Source: a bacterium
GTDB lineage: Bacteria; Elusimicrobiota; Elusimicrobia; UBA1565; UBA9628
NCBI GenBank assembly: GCA_021822495.1
Contig: JAKAQO010000001.1
Span: 80,297-144,296 of the forward strand
Direction of reading: 5' to 3'
DNA length: 64,000 nucleotides
Below, one piece after another: positions 40,585 to 49,004 of this stretch. The notes under the pieces were generated by a model. It worked only from the letters and a program-made list of their open reading frames with translations, did not search any database and had not been told where the DNA came from. Numbering within the stretch: the stretch's first letter is position 1; each line of letters starts with the position of its first letter. The translations under genes were made by a program, and so were the position numbers.

Positions 40585-41322
40585 TTAAGCGATTAAAACC
40601 TTCATTTCACTGATGGCGGACTTAAGTCCCCAGAGAATGGAATGAGCGGCGACCGCCCAACCGACATTGACCCCAAATAAGCGCGTGATTTGGGACACGG
40701 CCCGCGCGTTTTGATAGTTGATTCCGCACCCCAGCCAAGGTTTTAGGCCCAACTCAGAGGCAAGATAGACGGCTAATTGCAGCTGTTCCAGTTCCTCTTT
40801 AAGTCTTTTACCGGAAACTTGGGCGTAATCCGAGGCGCAAATCTCGACAAAATCAGCGCCTAAAGCGCGAACGCGCCTTAAACTTACCGCCTCGGCCTTG
40901 ACCGAGATTCCAACCAAAATCTTTCGAGCTTTAAGGGCCAAAACCGCTTTTTTTACCGTATCCAGAGAGGAATCGGAAAGTGTCATCGGCGCGGGCCGCC
41001 CGTCAGTTCTTGAAACCAAACACACCGAAGAAGGCGCGGCGGTTAAGGCCGCCGCCACGAGATCGGGTTTCGGCTCGATTTTCAGGCAAATCTTCCCTGG
41101 GCCCTTGCATAGTTTTAAAATCTCGGTTTCGGATTTAGATCTTAAATGAAGAACTATTTGATCCGCGCCGGAACGCCTCGCAATCGCGGAAACAGTCGGT
41201 AAGTCTAAAGGCGAGTTTGTTCGCACCTGAGACAAGGAACAGAAAGGGTCCAAATCAAACCCCAAATCAACTCCGCCTGAAAACGACTTATATTTTCCGT
41301 CTTTCTTTTTATCCTTGGCCAT
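40585..41322 (-). CDS. PdxJ-like protein with degenerate active site
   Basis: Colinear with PdxJ (GADQIVLHLR, GADFVEI, GINYQN, GLKSAISEM), but several catalytic residues are replaced. Confidence 0.75.
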   Translation of the reverse strand: MAKDKKKDGKYKSFSGGVDLGFDLDPFCSLSQVRTNSPLDLPTVSAIARRSGADQIVLHLRSKSETEILKLCKGPGKICLKIEPKPDLVAAALTAAPSSVCLVSRTDGRPAPMTLSDSSLDTVKKAVLALKARKILVGISVKAEAVSLRRVRALGADFVEICASDYAQVSGKRLKEELEQLQLAVYLASELGLKPWLGCGINYQNARAVSQITRLFGVNVGWAVAAHSILWGLKSAISEMKVLIA

Positions 41323-42694
41323 GAACTTTCTCCCGGGAATTTGCGCCCACATCTTGACGATAGGCGCCCGCAATTTTTTTGGCGATTTCCCTCACCCAAT
41401 TTAACTTTGGTCCTTCAACCATAATCCGCAAAAGGGGCTCTGTCCCTGAATAGCGAACGAAAAGCCGCCCTCGCCCTTTGAGAGCCGCTTCCTGTTTTTT
41501 TAGTTCCTCCTGGAAATGAGGCAACGATTCAAGAGAAACCTTAGAAGACACTTTAACATTTTCAATGACCTGCGGGAACGGCTTAAAATCTTGAATAATC
41601 CGCGAAAAGGGCTTCCCGGATTCAGCCAAGGCCGCCAAGGTCTCAACCGCCGTCAGCATCCCATCGCCGGTCCTTAAAAAACGCCGAAATACGATGTGGC
41701 CTGAAGGTTCTCCGCCCAAACTTAAATCGTTTTTCTCAAGAGCCTGGGTCACGTGGCGATCTCCAACACCCACGCTCAGAGCGGTAATGCCGCGCTCAGA
41801 TAAAAATTTTTCCAAGGCGACATTTGACATCGTCGTTAAGACGACGCTTTGCTTTTTAAGGAGCCCGCATTTCTGCATGCGAAGGGCCGCGACGGCAAGG
41901 ACAAAATCCCCGTCTTTAATACGGCCTTTTTCATCGCAAAAAACGGCGCGGTCCGCGTCTCCATCAAAAGCGATGCCGATATCCGCCTTAAAAGCCGAAA
42001 CCGCCGTTTTGAGCGGACCAGTTTCAAGAGCCCCGCATCCACGATTAATGTTATAGCCATTGGGAGAAACGCCCAGACAATGAACCTTGGCGCCCAAACT
42101 TTCAAAAAGAGGTCGCGCGATTTTATAAGAAGCGCCGTTGGCGCAATCTAAGACTATAGTGATTTTGGATAAATCCAACGCCGCTGGAAAAATACTTTTT
42201 AAAAAATCGGCGTATTCTTTTTCGTAAATTTCTCCATTTTCCAAAACCGGCTTTCCCAAGAGTTTCAAAGCGGAGCTTTTCTTCACGGCTTTTTCAATTC
42301 TTTGCTCCAAATCCCCGCTGATTTTAAGTCCCTGGGAGTCAAAAAACTTGATGCCGTTAAACTCCGCGGGATTATGAGACGCCGAAATCACGATGCCGCC
42401 CGCGGCTTTTAAATGCGGAACCAGATAAGAAATAGCGGGAGTGGGAATGACCCCGCAATCAATCATCTTCATCCGGGATCCAATTCCTAAAGCCAGATTT
42501 TTGAGGATGGACGGCCCTGAAGCGCGGGTATCTCTTCCAATCAATATTTTTGGCGCGCTTCCGTTGGGAGAAAATACTTTCTCCCGCGGCAACAGCTCCG
42601 ACACAACCGCTCCCAAAGCTCTAAGAAAGGACGGGATAAAAGGATATTCCCCCGGAATACCACGAATGCCGTCAGTCCCAAAAAGCCTCTCCAT
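41309..42694 (-). CDS. glmM: Phosphoglucosamine mutase
   Basis: FGTDGIRG, ISASHNP, DGDADR and RYSGTEP. The ATG overlaps the folP stop. Confidence 0.96.
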   Translation of the reverse strand: MERLFGTDGIRGIPGEYPFIPSFLRALGAVVSELLPREKVFSPNGSAPKILIGRDTRASGPSILKNLALGIGSRMKMIDCGVIPTPAISYLVPHLKAAGGIVISASHNPAEFNGIKFFDSQGLKISGDLEQRIEKAVKKSSALKLLGKPVLENGEIYEKEYADFLKSIFPAALDLSKITIVLDCANGASYKIARPLFESLGAKVHCLGVSPNGYNINRGCGALETGPLKTAVSAFKADIGIAFDGDADRAVFCDEKGRIKDGDFVLAVAALRMQKCGLLKKQSVVLTTMSNVALEKFLSERGITALSVGVGDRHVTQALEKNDLSLGGEPSGHIVFRRFLRTGDGMLTAVETLAALAESGKPFSRIIQDFKPFPQVIENVKVSSKVSLESLPHFQEELKKQEAALKGRGRLFVRYSGTEPLLRIMVEGPKLNWVREIAKKIAGAYRQDVGANSREKVHGQG

Positions 42695-43566
42695 TAGTTT
42701 AAATAAACTCCCAAGGACATTGCATGCCACACTTCAAGCGCGCGCACGGTCTCTAAAACATCGTGAACCCGAAGCATCGCTGCCTTTTGAAGCGAGGCCC
42801 AGCAGGCAATCGCGACAGAACCCGGCAAACGCTCTTCTGGTTTGATATCCGCACAGATTTTTCCAATAAATCCCTTTCTCGAAGCGCCAACCACCACCGG
42901 AGATATTTTTGAAAATTTATAGAGATGCTTTAATATCTCCAGATTGTGATCAAGTTTTTTTCCAAAACCGATGCCCGGGTCGACCAAAACCTGTTCGAGT
43001 CTTCCTCCGGCTTGAATAAAAAAGTTTTTGCGTTCTTCTAAAAAAGAATAAATTTCCCCTACTACGTCCGCATAAACCGGGTTTTCCTGCATGGTCTTCG
43101 GATTTTCTCCGCCGCGGTGCATGAGTATGACGGATTGAAAATGAACCGCTTCCTGAATCATCTTTTTATCAAAACGCAGGGCTGAAATATCGTTTAAAAT
43201 GGAAGCCCCAAGGGATCGCGCTTGATGGGCCACTTCCGCTTTTTGAGTGTCAATGGAAAGCGGGAGGGGGAAATCTTTGAGTAGTTCCAAAACCGGAAGA
43301 ACGCGGTCCAGTTCTTCTTGAAGAGAAATTGAGTCCGATCCCGGTCTGGTTGATTCTCCGCCTAAATCAATGACATCCGCGCCTTCATCCAAGAATTGAA
43401 AGGCCTTGTCCGCAGCGGCTTTGGGCGAAAAAGATCGGCTGTGGGAATAAAATGAATCCGGGGTCGCGTTGACAATCCCCATGACCAGCGGCCGCTTAAG
43501 ACTTTTGAATTTTTCCAAAACTCCCGGCGAAGAGTTTAAGTCTTGAGTTTCTTTCACGGCAGTCAA
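42694..43566 (-). CDS. folP: Dihydropteroate synthase
   Basis: NATPDSF, GGESTRPG, DPGIGFGK, SRK and RVHDV motifs. Confidence 0.96.
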   Translation of the reverse strand: MTAVKETQDLNSSPGVLEKFKSLKRPLVMGIVNATPDSFYSHSRSFSPKAAADKAFQFLDEGADVIDLGGESTRPGSDSISLQEELDRVLPVLELLKDFPLPLSIDTQKAEVAHQARSLGASILNDISALRFDKKMIQEAVHFQSVILMHRGGENPKTMQENPVYADVVGEIYSFLEERKNFFIQAGGRLEQVLVDPGIGFGKKLDHNLEILKHLYKFSKISPVVVGASRKGFIGKICADIKPEERLPGSVAIACWASLQKAAMLRVHDVLETVRALEVWHAMSLGVYLN

Positions 43567-44561
43567 AAGGCTAGAACTTCCTCGGCGGCCATGAGTAATC
43601 GGTCCACATCCGGAATGTAATAGCGTTCCAAGCGGAAAAGTGGCATCCGAATATCCCAGCCTCCCACTCTTTTAACCGGGGCCTTGAGCACAGTTAACGC
43701 ACGCTCGGAAATTTCCGCACTGATCTCAGCCGCCCAGGATCCGGAATTAGGAGCTTCATGGGCGATCAGCGCTCGACCGGTTTTAGAAACGCTTTTGAGA
43801 ATGGCGTCTAAATCAAGCGGAGTGAGAGTTCTTAAATCCAAAACTTCAGCCGAAGTTCCATTTTGAGACAAACGCTCGGCAGACTTAAGACAGGTCCCAA
43901 CCATCGCCCCCCAAGAAATCATCGTCAAATCCGAGCCTTCCCGGCGCACGCGCGCGCTTCCAATTTGAATCTCATAGGGCTCTTCCTGAACCGGCCCGCG
44001 AGCCGCCCGGTAAAGAGCTTTGGGTTCAAAGAAAATGACGGGATCCGGATCTCGAACGGCGGCAATCAAAAGCCCCTTGGCGTCTTCTGGAGTCGACGGG
44101 CAAACGACCTTGATTCCCGGGGTGTGGCAAAAATAAGCCTCTGGAGATTCCGAGTGATGCTCAGGGGCATGAATAAGCCCGCCGTGAGGCGAGCGAATAA
44201 CCAAAGGCAAGGAGTAGCGTCCGCGAGTCCGGCTTCGAATTCTCCCTAAGTGAGAAACGACCTGATCAAAAATAGAGGGCGTAAATCCGTCAAATTGAAT
44301 TTCACAAACCGGCCGATACCCGGCAATGGCCAGCCCCATCGCCGAACCGATGATGCCTAGTTCTGCCAAGGGAGTGTCAACCACTCTTTCACTTCCAAAA
44401 CGGTCAAACAAGCCTTCAGTCGCGCGAAAAACGCCGCCATTTTTGCCGACATCTTCGCCCAGAATAATCACGCGCTCATCTTTTTCCATCTCCTGGCGCA
44501 AGGCCTCGTTGATGGCCCCAACCAAATTGAGTTCTCGGGTTTTCACCACCGTCTTTGTCAT
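43563..44561 (-). CDS. pdhB: 2-oxoacid (pyruvate) dehydrogenase E1 beta subunit
   Basis: GEDVGKNGGVFRAT, DTPLAE and EHHSESPE motifs. Confidence 0.92.
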   Translation of the reverse strand: MTKTVVKTRELNLVGAINEALRQEMEKDERVIILGEDVGKNGGVFRATEGLFDRFGSERVVDTPLAELGIIGSAMGLAIAGYRPVCEIQFDGFTPSIFDQVVSHLGRIRSRTRGRYSLPLVIRSPHGGLIHAPEHHSESPEAYFCHTPGIKVVCPSTPEDAKGLLIAAVRDPDPVIFFEPKALYRAARGPVQEEPYEIQIGSARVRREGSDLTMISWGAMVGTCLKSAERLSQNGTSAEVLDLRTLTPLDLDAILKSVSKTGRALIAHEAPNSGSWAAEISAEISERALTVLKAPVKRVGGWDIRMPLFRLERYYIPDVDRLLMAAEEVLAF

Positions 44562-44594
44562 GGTCTCCTTCCGTACAGACTCTGGCCGTTCTCC

Positions 44595-44691
44595 AACGAA
44601 TCTGGAAACGGCACTTCCTCGCCTATGCTCGGTCGGAGCCGACCATTTCTGACCGAATATAAATGAGGGAATGCCGCTTCCAAATTCCGTT
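44595..44691. repeat. 97-bp imperfect inverted repeat / long hairpin
   Basis: Arms 44595-44638 and 44647-44691 match at 33 of 44 positions with one bulged base; all 11 differences are transitions. Confidence 0.8.
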
Positions 44692-44718
44692 TAAGATAGC
44701 GACCTCGCTTAAGCTCAG

Positions 44719-45711
44719 TCATGAAATAGAAATCCCCATCTTATTGACAATCTTGTTCGCCATATTCTTAAAATCCTCACGGGCGTCTTGCGCCGCCAGA
44801 GCGTGGGATCCAATAGCGCCATCGGCCGGCTTGAGTAAAAACATAGGCTTACGCGCCTCCTGAGCCATGGCCATGAGACTTCGATAATGCTTGAGAAGGC
44901 CAAAACAATGCGGATCCTCGGAAACCGTGTAGTCGCCCTCTATCTCCTCAAGCACGTATTTTCGATAGGCGCCAGGCATACGATGAATCCATTTTTCATA
45001 GGATTTAGCGGGACGATCCTGGCGGATTGAATGTTGCATGACAATATAGCCGATGGGACTCATCTCGCCTTGCGGCAATTGGAGCTGGGGATCGGGATTT
45101 TTTTTCAATCGCTCACCCCACTCTTTCCGCCATTTTCTCAGAGTCGGGCCTAAATTTCTCAACCCTTGGAGAGAAAAGAGATCGGGCGCCAGCGGCACGA
45201 CCACATGGCTTGATGAAATTAAGGCGGCTCGATTAATGGCGCCGAGATTAGGACCAATATCTACAAGCACGATTTTTGCCTTCTGCCTTTCAGCGGCTTC
45301 TTGGATGACCCGCCAGAATGCCGATATCACCCGAAACGCGCGTTCCTTGCTGTCCAGACATTCAGGCCAAACCTGGGAAAGGTCATCCTCAAAACCGCTC
45401 AACGCCATATCTCCGGGAACAAGGAAAAGCGTATCGCTAATTTTTTGAGTCTCGGGAGTTTTAATATCGCCAACCCCGCGCCTAAGAGGCTCAATCGCTC
45501 CAAAAATCGTCCGCGAACTCCCATTCTCCGGCCATAATTTTTCTAATTCTTCATCATCAAGGAAAGCGGCGGAGAGGTTCCCCTGGGGATCAAGATCGGC
45601 GGTTAAAACGCTCAACCCCATATCTGAAAGCATCCATGCGACATGATAGATGAGAGACGTCTTGCCGACGCCGCCCTTGTTATTAAAGAATGTCAATACG
45701 GGAACGCTCAT
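44719..45711 (-). CDS. ParA/Soj-superfamily ATPase (non-partitioning type)
   Basis: Deviant Walker A FFNNKGGVGKTS, DLDPQGNL and DIGPNLG. The ATG overlaps the upstream stop (ATGA 45711-45708). Confidence 0.9.
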   Translation of the reverse strand: MSVPVLTFFNNKGGVGKTSLIYHVAWMLSDMGLSVLTADLDPQGNLSAAFLDDEELEKLWPENGSSRTIFGAIEPLRRGVGDIKTPETQKISDTLFLVPGDMALSGFEDDLSQVWPECLDSKERAFRVISAFWRVIQEAAERQKAKIVLVDIGPNLGAINRAALISSSHVVVPLAPDLFSLQGLRNLGPTLRKWRKEWGERLKKNPDPQLQLPQGEMSPIGYIVMQHSIRQDRPAKSYEKWIHRMPGAYRKYVLEEIEGDYTVSEDPHCFGLLKHYRSLMAMAQEARKPMFLLKPADGAIGSHALAAQDAREDFKNMANKIVNKMGISIS

Positions 45712-46925
45712 GGCGCTCTCCAAACTGTCACGAGTATATAGTTATGTTCAACGTTAAAAACCGGCGCGGGATTTCCATTATCGGCAAGCGCTTTTCGGGC
45801 TATCTGAATGCCTACTCCAAATTTCTGAACGAATCCGAGATTACGCATGACCTCGGCTACGTTGGGATTGCGATAATCCGTAATCCCCGGCTTGCCGAAA
45901 TTTTCGAGAGTCACCTGACCGAACGGCCCTCCTGGATTTTGCATCTCGATACGGTCTGAAAACCACGTGACCCTAACCGGGGCATTGGAATTCGCGTAAT
46001 CTCTATGCATAACGGCATTCCGGACGAGTTGCTGAAGGGCGTCCAGTGGATAATCACGCCACTGTATTTCCGTTGAGGCCGATCGAACATCCGTCGCAAT
46101 TCGTATATTCGCGCGAAAAATTTCATCTATTTGGCGCATCAAGTCGGGAATAGGACCCTGAATCAGCTTTTGATCCGCGATTGGGTCCGCCAGGGTTGTT
46201 CCGTTTATTCTGAGAAATTGGATATAGGCTCCAGGCAGAAACGATTCGGGCCCTTTTCCGATGGCAATAATTCCCACAACCGTCGGCAGCGACTTATCTC
46301 CCAAGGTCAAAAACCGCAAAGAGGCCATCTGTTGCTCCAATGTCCTCCCATTTACCCGCAAAACCTCCGGGGCAATGGCCGAAGGCAGATAAACGCGGCG
46401 AAAAAAATCCTCATCCAAATCTTTTATGGAGGCGCTCGTGATTTGACGCAAATCATCGGGCAAATCGGCGGCCTTGCGCCTCTCGTTCAGTCGACGCTCT
46501 TCTTCCATTGAGGCAACAGCCCTTCGAGGTCCAACTCGTATCCAAACCTGACCTTTATAGCGAACCGGCGGAAAAAGAGACGGCCAGACGATAACAACAG
46601 CAATCTCGCAACCATTCAACACGCGCTTTTCAACGGACATTGTGGGCATCGAAAGGATATTCCCGTTTGAACGCATATCGGAAAGTTGAATAAGCAACTC
46701 TTCTGTCACTCGCAACCCGGCACAATTACCGTCATCCCGTACGCCGATAAAAATGACGCCGGGCAGATTATGCCCCGGCATATCGTTGGCAAACGCGCAA
46801 ATGGCCTTACACACATCGCCAGGGTTGGCAAGCGAAGCTTTTCTCTCAACACGATCTGACTCAATCTCTTTCAAGAGCGTTATGAGTTCGCTGTCATCCA
46901 TGGATTTCACCGCAGTCCCTGTCAT
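45708..46925 (-). CDS. Schlafen/AlbA_2 domain + HATPase_c_4-like protein
   Basis: N-terminal ESDRVERK, AFAND and IGVRDDG; C-terminal NAVMHRDY, RIEMQNPGG, RNP and GFVQKFGVGI. No terminal HTH. Confidence 0.85.
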   Translation of the reverse strand: MTGTAVKSMDDSELITLLKEIESDRVERKASLANPGDVCKAICAFANDMPGHNLPGVIFIGVRDDGNCAGLRVTEELLIQLSDMRSNGNILSMPTMSVEKRVLNGCEIAVVIVWPSLFPPVRYKGQVWIRVGPRRAVASMEEERRLNERRKAADLPDDLRQITSASIKDLDEDFFRRVYLPSAIAPEVLRVNGRTLEQQMASLRFLTLGDKSLPTVVGIIAIGKGPESFLPGAYIQFLRINGTTLADPIADQKLIQGPIPDLMRQIDEIFRANIRIATDVRSASTEIQWRDYPLDALQQLVRNAVMHRDYANSNAPVRVTWFSDRIEMQNPGGPFGQVTLENFGKPGITDYRNPNVAEVMRNLGFVQKFGVGIQIARKALADNGNPAPVFNVEHNYILVTVWRAP

Positions 46926-48112
46926 GGAAAGCGCCCCTCAAGAGGCGGGATCTCGACGATTTCCCCCAAACGCATTTTTCTCTCAAGCAAAGCTTCGAGT
47001 TCGGCTCTTTGTTCGATTAAAGCTCGTGGCGCGCTCGCATAATTGTTGGCGAACATATCCAAAGGGTTCGGCTCAGGGAAAGACTCATAGGCCTTAATCT
47101 CCGCATCCACCAGGGCCTCCGCGTTTTTGAGGAGTTCTTGATGCCGCGCTTCATCCATGAGTTTGAGCGTCTCCAAATATCGCCTAAGACGTAAAAGCGG
47201 ATCGCGTTTGGCCCATTTCTCCACGTCTGTTTTCTCTCGGTAGCGGGAAGCGTCATCCGCAGTTGTGTGATTGGCCATGCGATAAGTCTCAAGCTCAAGA
47301 AGAGTCGATCCCCGGCCTTCCCGCCCGCGAGAAATGGCCTGCTGCATAGCGGAAAAAACTGCCAAGGCGTCGTTTCCGTCTACCTGAAGGCCAAACACTC
47401 CATACCCATGGGCCTTTTGAGCGAAAGTCTCGGCTGCGCATTGCGTTCGCCTTGAAACCGAAATGGCCCATTGATTGTTTTCTATGAGGAATATCACGGG
47501 CAATTTCATTGTGCCTGCAAAAGTTAAAGCCTCGTGCAAATCGCCCTTGGAACTGGCGCCGTCCCCCAAATAAGCCAAGACGACCGCGCCATCATCGCTA
47601 ACGCCTTTCCCAAAGCGCGACAAGGACGCTCGGCCTTCGGCCTTGACCGCGCCTTTTTTTTCGAGTTTCGCGCCCCAGGCGAGCCCCGCAGCCAAGGTCA
47701 AATGCCCGCCGACTGTGATTGAAAACGTCATATCACGGTTTTCTTCCGGGAAAACGGTCCCACGGTCATCGCCCGCCCAGACTAAAAGCGAATGGCGAAA
47801 TTTCATTCCACGCCCGTAATACGCCCCGGTTCCGCGATAAGTGGGAATCATCCAATCCGAGGGTTTGAGGCAAAAAGCGGGAATAAGTTGGCTCGCCTCT
47901 TGTCCCAAAACCGAAGGATAGGTGCCTAAGCGGCCTTGACGCTGGAGCTTAATCGCGCGTTCATCGAATGCGCGGAGTTCAATCATTTTTTGGTAAATTT
48001 CAAGCAAGGTCTTGGAGTCAATGTGCGGATCAAGAGTGGAATCAACAGAGCCGTCTGGACTTAAAATCTCAAGACGCTGGGTTTCGTGGCGAACAACGGT
48101 TTCAAGAGGCAT
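46922..48112 (-). CDS. pdhA: 2-oxoacid (pyruvate) dehydrogenase E1 alpha subunit
   Basis: LQRQGRLGTY, TPP motif GDGASSKGD..NNQWAIS, and HTTADD. Confidence 0.93.
   Translation of the reverse strand: MPLETVVRHETQRLEILSPDGSVDSTLDPHIDSKTLLEIYQKMIELRAFDERAIKLQRQGRLGTYPSVLGQEASQLIPAFCLKPSDWMIPTYRGTGAYYGRGMKFRHSLLVWAGDDRGTVFPEENRDMTFSITVGGHLTLAAGLAWGAKLEKKGAVKAEGRASLSRFGKGVSDDGAVVLAYLGDGASSKGDLHEALTFAGTMKLPVIFLIENNQWAISVSRRTQCAAETFAQKAHGYGVFGLQVDGNDALAVFSAMQQAISRGREGRGSTLLELETYRMANHTTADDASRYREKTDVEKWAKRDPLLRLRRYLETLKLMDEARHQELLKNAEALVDAEIKAYESFPEPNPLDMFANNYASAPRALIEQRAELEALLERKMRLGEIVEIPPLEGRFP
47582..47653 (-). repeat. Structured repeat inserted in-frame in pdhA, bounded by 9-bp direct repeat
   Basis: GACCGCGCC at 47582-47590 and 47645-47653 (63 bp apart); 52/58 identity to 62652-62709 in inverted orientation. 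Confidence 0.85.
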
Positions 48113-49004
48113 GGACTTTTGAACCTTTCATGAATAATTCTCCAGCATGATAAGAACTGCGAACCAAGGGGCCGGAAGCAATTTCAGCAAACCCCATTTC
48201 TCTGGCGCGCTCAGCGTAAAAATCAAAACGCTCGGGACTTAAAAATTCCCGCACCGGAACATTCCGGCCGGATGAATCAGGCCTTAAATATTGTCCCAAA
48301 GTCACAATCGAAACTCCCGCCGCGCGCAAATCCCGCAAAGACTCTAAAACTTCCTCTTCCGTTTCGCCAATTCCCAAAAGAAGCGAAGATTTCGCCGGAG
48401 TATCGGGCAAAACTTTTCGAAAATGAGCGAGAACGGCCAAAGATTGATCATAGCCCGCTTTTGAATCTCGAACCGCGGGAGTCAGCCGCCGCACGGTTTC
48501 AAGATTGTGGGCCGCAACATCCGGCCGAACTTCTAAAACTTTCTCAATCAGATTTGTGTCCCCGCGAAAATCCTGCATCAAGACCTCGATTTTGGTCGTG
48601 GGACAATTTTGCCGAATCGCTTTGATGCAGGAAGCGATATGAGAGGCCCCCTGATCCGGCAAATCATCCCGGCATACCGTAGTTAAAACAATATAGTCCA
48701 ATTTCATCTCTTGAATAGTTTGGGCGAGTTTTTGCGGCTCAAGCGGGTCGGGCAGCGGAGGTTTTAAAGCGGAACTGACCGAACAAAAGCGGCAACCACG
48801 CGTGCATAATTCTCCCAAAACCATGAAGGTGGCTGTTCCCGCGCCCCAGCACTCGGCAAGATTAGGGCACCGGGCCTCTTCACAAACGGTATGAAGATTA
48901 CGGGAAGAAGAAATTTTTTTAATGCGCTCGTAATTTTCTCCCGTTGGAAGCTTGACGCGAAGCCAAGCAGGAAAACGCGAAAGAGAAGCCTCCGCCACCG
49001 GCAT
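48102..49004 (-). CDS. lipA: Lipoyl synthase
   Basis: CEEARCPNLAEC, CTRGCRFC and RSSY motifs. Confidence 0.97.
   Translation of the reverse strand: MPVAEASLSRFPAWLRVKLPTGENYERIKKISSSRNLHTVCEEARCPNLAECWGAGTATFMVLGELCTRGCRFCSVSSALKPPLPDPLEPQKLAQTIQEMKLDYIVLTTVCRDDLPDQGASHIASCIKAIRQNCPTTKIEVLMQDFRGDTNLIEKVLEVRPDVAAHNLETVRRLTPAVRDSKAGYDQSLAVLAHFRKVLPDTPAKSSLLLGIGETEEEVLESLRDLRAAGVSIVTLGQYLRPDSSGRNVPVREFLSPERFDFYAERAREMGFAEIASGPLVRSSYHAGELFMKGSKVHAS

Noticed and set aside
40882-40904. CGGCCTTGACCG match to the coding repeat in the pdxJ-like gene
   Set aside because: It is only about 12 bp, with no flanking similarity or apparent insertion.
44588-44698. Hairpin as a canonical integron attC site
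   Set aside because: It has AAC...GTT ends, but the R boxes fit poorly, there is no unpaired central spacer, no GTTRRRY at the cassette start and no intI in the window. It is kept only as an unexplained hairpin.
44719-45711. Chromosome partitioning parA
   Set aside because: No parB or origin-region genes are adjacent, and it is longer than Soj and coupled to a Schlafen-type gene.
48970-49004. LipA N-terminal ASLSRF matching the pdhA insert peptide
   Set aside because: The DNA similarity is short with differing codons, so it is likely coincidence.
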